A stretch of 64,000 nt of DNA, taken from contig CBDHDG010000002.1 of assembly GCA_965261595.1 (NCBI GenBank), positions 1 to 64,000 on the forward strand. The letters are read 5' to 3'. The notes beneath the pieces were generated by a model. It saw only the letters and a program-made list of their open reading frames with translations. It had not been told where the DNA came from and ran no database searches. Numbering within the stretch: the first letter of the stretch is position 1; each line of letters starts with the position of its first letter. Shown in pieces: positions 60,047 through 64,000 of this stretch. The DNA comes from a bacterium. GTDB taxonomy: Bacteria > UBA8248 > JACPRG01 > G963555815. Made by a program: the position numbers and the translations under genes.

Positions 60047-60796
60047 ATGACCCCGCTCGATGGACCCCACACCGCCGCCGACGACATGCCCCTGTTCACG
60101 CCTGCCGCGGCGCCCTGCATCGCCGGCCGCCGGAACCGCCGCAACGGCCTCCGGGACCGGTTCCTGCGCGCCGGGCGCTACGCGGTCGACGATGCCGAGC
60201 TGCTTCAGCTCCTGCTGTCGGCGTCCCATTCCGCCGCCGACACACAGTCCCTCGCCAAGACCCTGCTGGATACGTTCGGTTCCCCCGGCCGGGTTCTCGC
60301 CGCGGGCACGGACCGGCTCCGCGCCATCGACGGACTCGGCGAGGCCGGCGTCTGCGCGATCAAGACCGCCGAGGCCCTCGGCATCCGCCTCGCTCGGGGC
60401 GAACTGCCGAAGCAGCTCAATCCGGCACTCCACAACTACGACAAGGCGGTCGAATATTGCCGCACGCTCACCGGGCACCGCCCGATCGAGGAATTTCATG
60501 TGTTGTTCCTCGATACCGCCAACAGGCTGATCCGCAGCGAATGCCATCAGATCGGCACGATCAACCATGCGCCGGCCTATCCCCGCGAGATCTGCCGCCG
60601 TGCCCTTGAGCTGCATTCCACGGCCGTACTTCTCTCGCACAATCACCCGTCGGGTAACGTCTTCCCGTCCAATTCCGACATCGAGATGACCGGGCGCATC
60701 CAGAAAGCGCTGAAGACGATCGACGTCACGCTGCACGACCATCTGATCGTCACCGCGCACGACGCGCTCGGCTTCAAGGCCAGGGGCCTCCTCTAG
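60047..60796 (+). CDS. radC: RadC/JAB-domain protein
   Basis: DAELLQLLL, IDGLGEA (HhH), EEFHVLFLD, GTINHAPAYPRE, HNHPSG..PSNSD, LHDHLIV. Confidence 0.92.
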   Translation: MTPLDGPHTAADDMPLFTPAAAPCIAGRRNRRNGLRDRFLRAGRYAVDDAELLQLLLSASHSAADTQSLAKTLLDTFGSPGRVLAAGTDRLRAIDGLGEAGVCAIKTAEALGIRLARGELPKQLNPALHNYDKAVEYCRTLTGHRPIEEFHVLFLDTANRLIRSECHQIGTINHAPAYPREICRRALELHSTAVLLSHNHPSGNVFPSNSDIEMTGRIQKALKTIDVTLHDHLIVTAHDALGFKARGLL

Positions 60797-60977
60797 CCGG
60801 CCCCGCCGGCGCCAACGCGCGCCGGAACACCGCCACCATGTAATCCCTCACCCGTCCCGCTCCGGCCGCCATGAGGCCGGTCAGCCGGTGCCGCGACAGG
60901 CCGCCGGCGCGGCGCGGGAGCACGGGCTTCGCGCCGCCCGCCCGGCGCTTCCCCGCAATTCCAGCACGGAGATCTTC

Positions 60978-63900
60978 ATGCTCGACGCCCATTCGGCGGC
61001 GGACGCGTCCGCACGCCCGCAGCTTCCCCTCGATCCCGCCACCGCATCCGTTTCCGTGCGCCCGGCGCCGTCCGCTTCGGACGCCCTGTTTGCCGCCGCC
61101 AGGACCCTGCTGCCGGTCCTGGAAGCCGGCCGGCCGCTCGATGCCGGGACGCTCAGGGACGCCATGACGCGCGCCTTCGGCGCCACCGATGCCGAGGGCG
61201 CCTGGCTCTGGAAGGATGCCTACGAGGCCGCCGAAGCCGCCGTCGTGCTGTTCGTGCAGCGTTACGGGCGCGCCATGCGCAAGCAGACCGGGGCCGGGCC
61301 GGACGGCCCCCGCCACATGTTGGCAATGCTGGACGCCGTCGCGGCGCTCGAGCCGTCGCACACGAAGCGCTCCGAGGAGCAGATCCGCCTGCAGCAGTTC
61401 TCGACGCCGCTGCCGCTGGCCTATGTCGCGCTCCGCGCCGCCGCCATCCGGCCGGGCGATACCGTGCTGGAGCCGAGCGCCGGCACCGGCATGCTGGCGG
61501 TGATGGCCGAATGCGCGATGGCCAACCGGGCCGCGGGCAGTCTGTATCTCAACGAATACGCCCACACGCGCGCGCATCTCCTGACCCATCTGTTCCCGCA
61601 GGCCGTCACCACCGCCTTCAATGCGGAAGCCATCGCCGACCGGCTGCACGACGTGACGCCCACGGCCGTCATCATGAACCCGCCGTTTTCCGCGACGCCG
61701 GGCGTCGACCGCATCCGCCACGACGCGGATCTGCGCCATATCCGCTCCGCATTTTCGATGCTACCGCCGGGAGGTCGATTGGTGACGATTACCTCGGCGA
61801 ACTGCATCCCCGGCGATGCCGCCTGGCGGGACACCTTCGACTCCGTCGACGGCGGCGCCTGCACCGTCTTCACGATGGCTATCGACGGCCGCGCCTATGC
61901 AAGGCGCGGCACCGGCTTCGACACGCGCCTCACCGTGCTGGAACGCAGCGCCAAGCCGGAAATCGACATCGACCGGGAGGCCCGCGCCGCCGACGCCGCC
62001 GAACTTCTCGACGCCGTCATTGCCAAGGTTCCGCCCAGGCTGCCGATTACGCCGGAGACCGCTCGGCCCATCCCGGCCGGCCCGGCACGGGACCTGTTCG
62101 GCAAGGCGGTCAGGCCGCCGGCCACGAAGGGCAGCACCGGCGCCAATTCCGCTGCCGCGCCCGCGCCCGCCCACGACTGGGGACCTGTCGCCGAGCTCGT
62201 CGTCGAGACCGGCGCCCCCGACACCGTTACGCAAGAATCGGCCACGCAGGCGAATGCCGGCCCCTACGAACCGTGGCGGCCCGGCGTCGCGCGGGTGCCG
62301 GGCGCGATCGCCCATCCCACGCCGCTGGTGCAGTCCGCCGCCATGGCCGCGGTGCCGCATCCCGTGCCGACCTACCGGCCGGTGCTGCCCGAACGCGTGG
62401 TGGCGGACGGGCTCCTGTCGGACGCGCAACTCGAAAGCGTCGTGCTTGCGGGCGAGGCCCACTCCCGCCATCTCGCCGCGGACTACCGCATCGGTGCGGG
62501 CTGGGAGACCGTGCAGCGCTGCCCGGAGGACGACGGCGACGATGACGGCAGTGCCGGCGCCGCCGATCTCACCGACGACGGCGAGGTCCTGTCCACCCCG
62601 GTGCGCTTCCGGCGCGGCTGGATGCTCGGCGACGGCACCGGCGCCGGCAAGGGCCGCCAGGTCGCCGCCATCATGCTCGACCACTGGCTGCGCGGCCGCA
62701 GGCGCGCGCTCTGGCTGTCGCAGTCCGACAAGCTGGTCGAGGACGCAAGGCGCGACTGGTGCGCGCTCGGCGGGCGCGAGGACGACGTCATCCCGCTCGG
62801 CAAGTTCCGCCAGGGGGCCGAGATTCCGATGGCCGAGGGCATCCTCTTTGCCACCTACGCCACGCTGCGCTCGCCGGCCCGCCAGGGCAAGACCTCGCGC
62901 CTCGACCAGATCGTCGCCTGGCTTGCCGGCTCATTGGACGAGGATGACCGCCACGCCTTCGACGGGGCGGTGATCTTCGACGAGGCGCATGCCATGGCCA
63001 ATGCGGCCGGGTCCAAGGGCAACCGCGGCGAGGTCAAGCCGTCCCAGCAGGGCCGCGCCGGCCTGCGGCTTCAGAATGCGCTGCCCGATGCGCGCATCGC
63101 CTATGTCTCGGCCACCGGCGCCACCACCGTCCCCGGCCTCGCCTATGCCGGCAGGCTCGGGCTCTGGGCCGCCGGCGAGACGCCGTTCGAGACCCGCGTC
63201 GAATTTGTCACCGCCATGGAAGCCGGCGGCGTCGCCGCGATGGAGGTGGTCGCTCGCGACCTCAAGGCCCTCGGCCTCTACCAGGCCCGGGCGCTCTCCT
63301 ATGACGGAGTCGAGGTCGAGACCCTCGAACACCCGCTCACCCCCGAGCAGCGGCACATCTACGACGCCTATGCCGGCGCCTTCAAGATCATCCACCGCAA
63401 CATCCAGGAGGCGCTCAAGGCCACCGGCATCGTCGACGGCGAGGACACCCTGAACAGGAACGCCAAGTCGGCCGCGCTCTCGGCCTTCGAGGGCGCCAAG
63501 CAGCGTTTCTTCGGCCATCTGCTGACCGCCATGAAGTGCCCGTCGCTGATCCGCGCGATCGAGGCCGACCTCGATTCCGGGCGCTCCGCCGTCATCCAGC
63601 TGGTCTCCACCGGCGAGGCGCTGATGGAGCGGCGCATCGCCGAGATCCCGGCGTCCGAATGGGACGACCTCTCCGTCGACCTCACGCCAAGGGAGACCGT
63701 GATCGAGTTCCTGGCCCACGCCTTCCCCGTGCAATTGCAGGAGCCCTTCACCGACGAGAGCGGCAACCTGTTCTCGCGGCCAGTGTTCGACGGTGACGGC
63801 AACCCCGTGCTCTGCCAGGAGGCGGTCGCCCGCCGCGACGCGCTGATCGAGAAGCTCGCCGCGCTCCCGCCGGTGCCGTCGGCGCTCGACCAGATCGTGC

Positions 63901-64000
63901 AGCATTTCGGGCACGAGGCGGTCGCGGAAGTGACCGGCCGCTCGCGCCGGGTGCTGAGAATTTCCGATGCGCGCGGCGAGCGCCTGGCGCTGCGCAGCCG
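60978..64000 (+). CDS. Strawberry-notch-like NTPase/helicase with N-terminal methyltransferase domain; runs off window end
   Basis: Open frame from ATG 60978: WLWKDAYEA, QQFSTP, VLEPSAGTG, MNPPFS, LSDAQLE, GDGTGAGKGRQ, IFDEAHAMANA, YVSATGAT. Confidence 0.9.
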   Translation, partial: MLDAHSAADASARPQLPLDPATASVSVRPAPSASDALFAAARTLLPVLEAGRPLDAGTLRDAMTRAFGATDAEGAWLWKDAYEAAEAAVVLFVQRYGRAMRKQTGAGPDGPRHMLAMLDAVAALEPSHTKRSEEQIRLQQFSTPLPLAYVALRAAAIRPGDTVLEPSAGTGMLAVMAECAMANRAAGSLYLNEYAHTRAHLLTHLFPQAVTTAFNAEAIADRLHDVTPTAVIMNPPFSATPGVDRIRHDADLRHIRSAFSMLPPGGRLVTITSANCIPGDAAWRDTFDSVDGGACTVFTMAIDGRAYARRGTGFDTRLTVLERSAKPEIDIDREARAADAAELLDAVIAKVPPRLPITPETARPIPAGPARDLFGKAVRPPATKGSTGANSAAAPAPAHDWGPVAELVVETGAPDTVTQESATQANAGPYEPWRPGVARVPGAIAHPTPLVQSAAMAAVPHPVPTYRPVLPERVVADGLLSDAQLESVVLAGEAHSRHLAADYRIGAGWETVQRCPEDDGDDDGSAGAADLTDDGEVLSTPVRFRRGWMLGDGTGAGKGRQVAAIMLDHWLRGRRRALWLSQSDKLVEDARRDWCALGGREDDVIPLGKFRQGAEIPMAEGILFATYATLRSPARQGKTSRLDQIVAWLAGSLDEDDRHAFDGAVIFDEAHAMANAAGSKGNRGEVKPSQQGRAGLRLQNALPDARIAYVSATGATTVPGLAYAGRLGLWAAGETPFETRVEFVTAMEAGGVAAMEVVARDLKALGLYQARALSYDGVEVETLEHPLTPEQRHIYDAYAGAFKIIHRNIQEALKATGIVDGEDTLNRNAKSAALSAFEGAKQRFFGHLLTAMKCPSLIRAIEADLDSGRSAVIQLVSTGEALMERRIAEIPASEWDDLSVDLTPRETVIEFLAHAFPVQLQEPFTDESGNLFSRPVFDGDGNPVLCQEAVARRDALIEKLAALPPVPSALDQIVQHFGHEAVAEVTGRSRRVLRISDARGERLALRS

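Overview
High-GC proteobacterial-type integrative/conjugative element (ICE or conjugative plasmid) in three blocks. (1) 1-13.2 kb: an F-type conjugation operon on the minus strand (traA-L-E-K-B-V-C, an inserted degenerate HD-fold gene, trbI, TrhF-type peptidase, traW, traU). It is headed by a phage-like CI(S24)/Cro-Xis divergent switch and followed by a DUF433/DUF5615 toxin-antitoxin pair and an 820-bp non-coding region with a branched stem-loop and phased GTTACCGC repeats. (2) 13.2-48 kb: a defence and mobile-element hotspot. It holds a tightly coupled six-gene operon (DUF499 ATPase, small protein, PtuA-like ATPase, PtuB-like HNH, DUF1156 methyltransferase, PLD-SNF2 helicase), a DUF4143 ATPase plus STAND/NACHT-nuclease pair, three full and three partial tyrosine integrases, a HEPN-like gene, a patchwork of unrelated gene fragments, a disrupted type I RM locus, and IS3, IS1380 and ISNCY-like elements. 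(3) 48-64 kb: a leading/maintenance region (HU, PAPS-reductase-like, AAA/DUF3150-like/VWA triad, ParB-like, HATPase, DUF2958, RadC, strawberry-notch methyltransferase-helicase). The most striking observations are a ParB-like protein ending in a long disordered linker plus an FtsZ-like C-terminal peptide (LDIPEFLRR), and a PtuAB-like module embedded inside a DUF499/DUF1156/SNF2 restriction-like operon. All family calls are by motif recognition only; no database search was run. Several single-base frameshifts may be sequencing errors.
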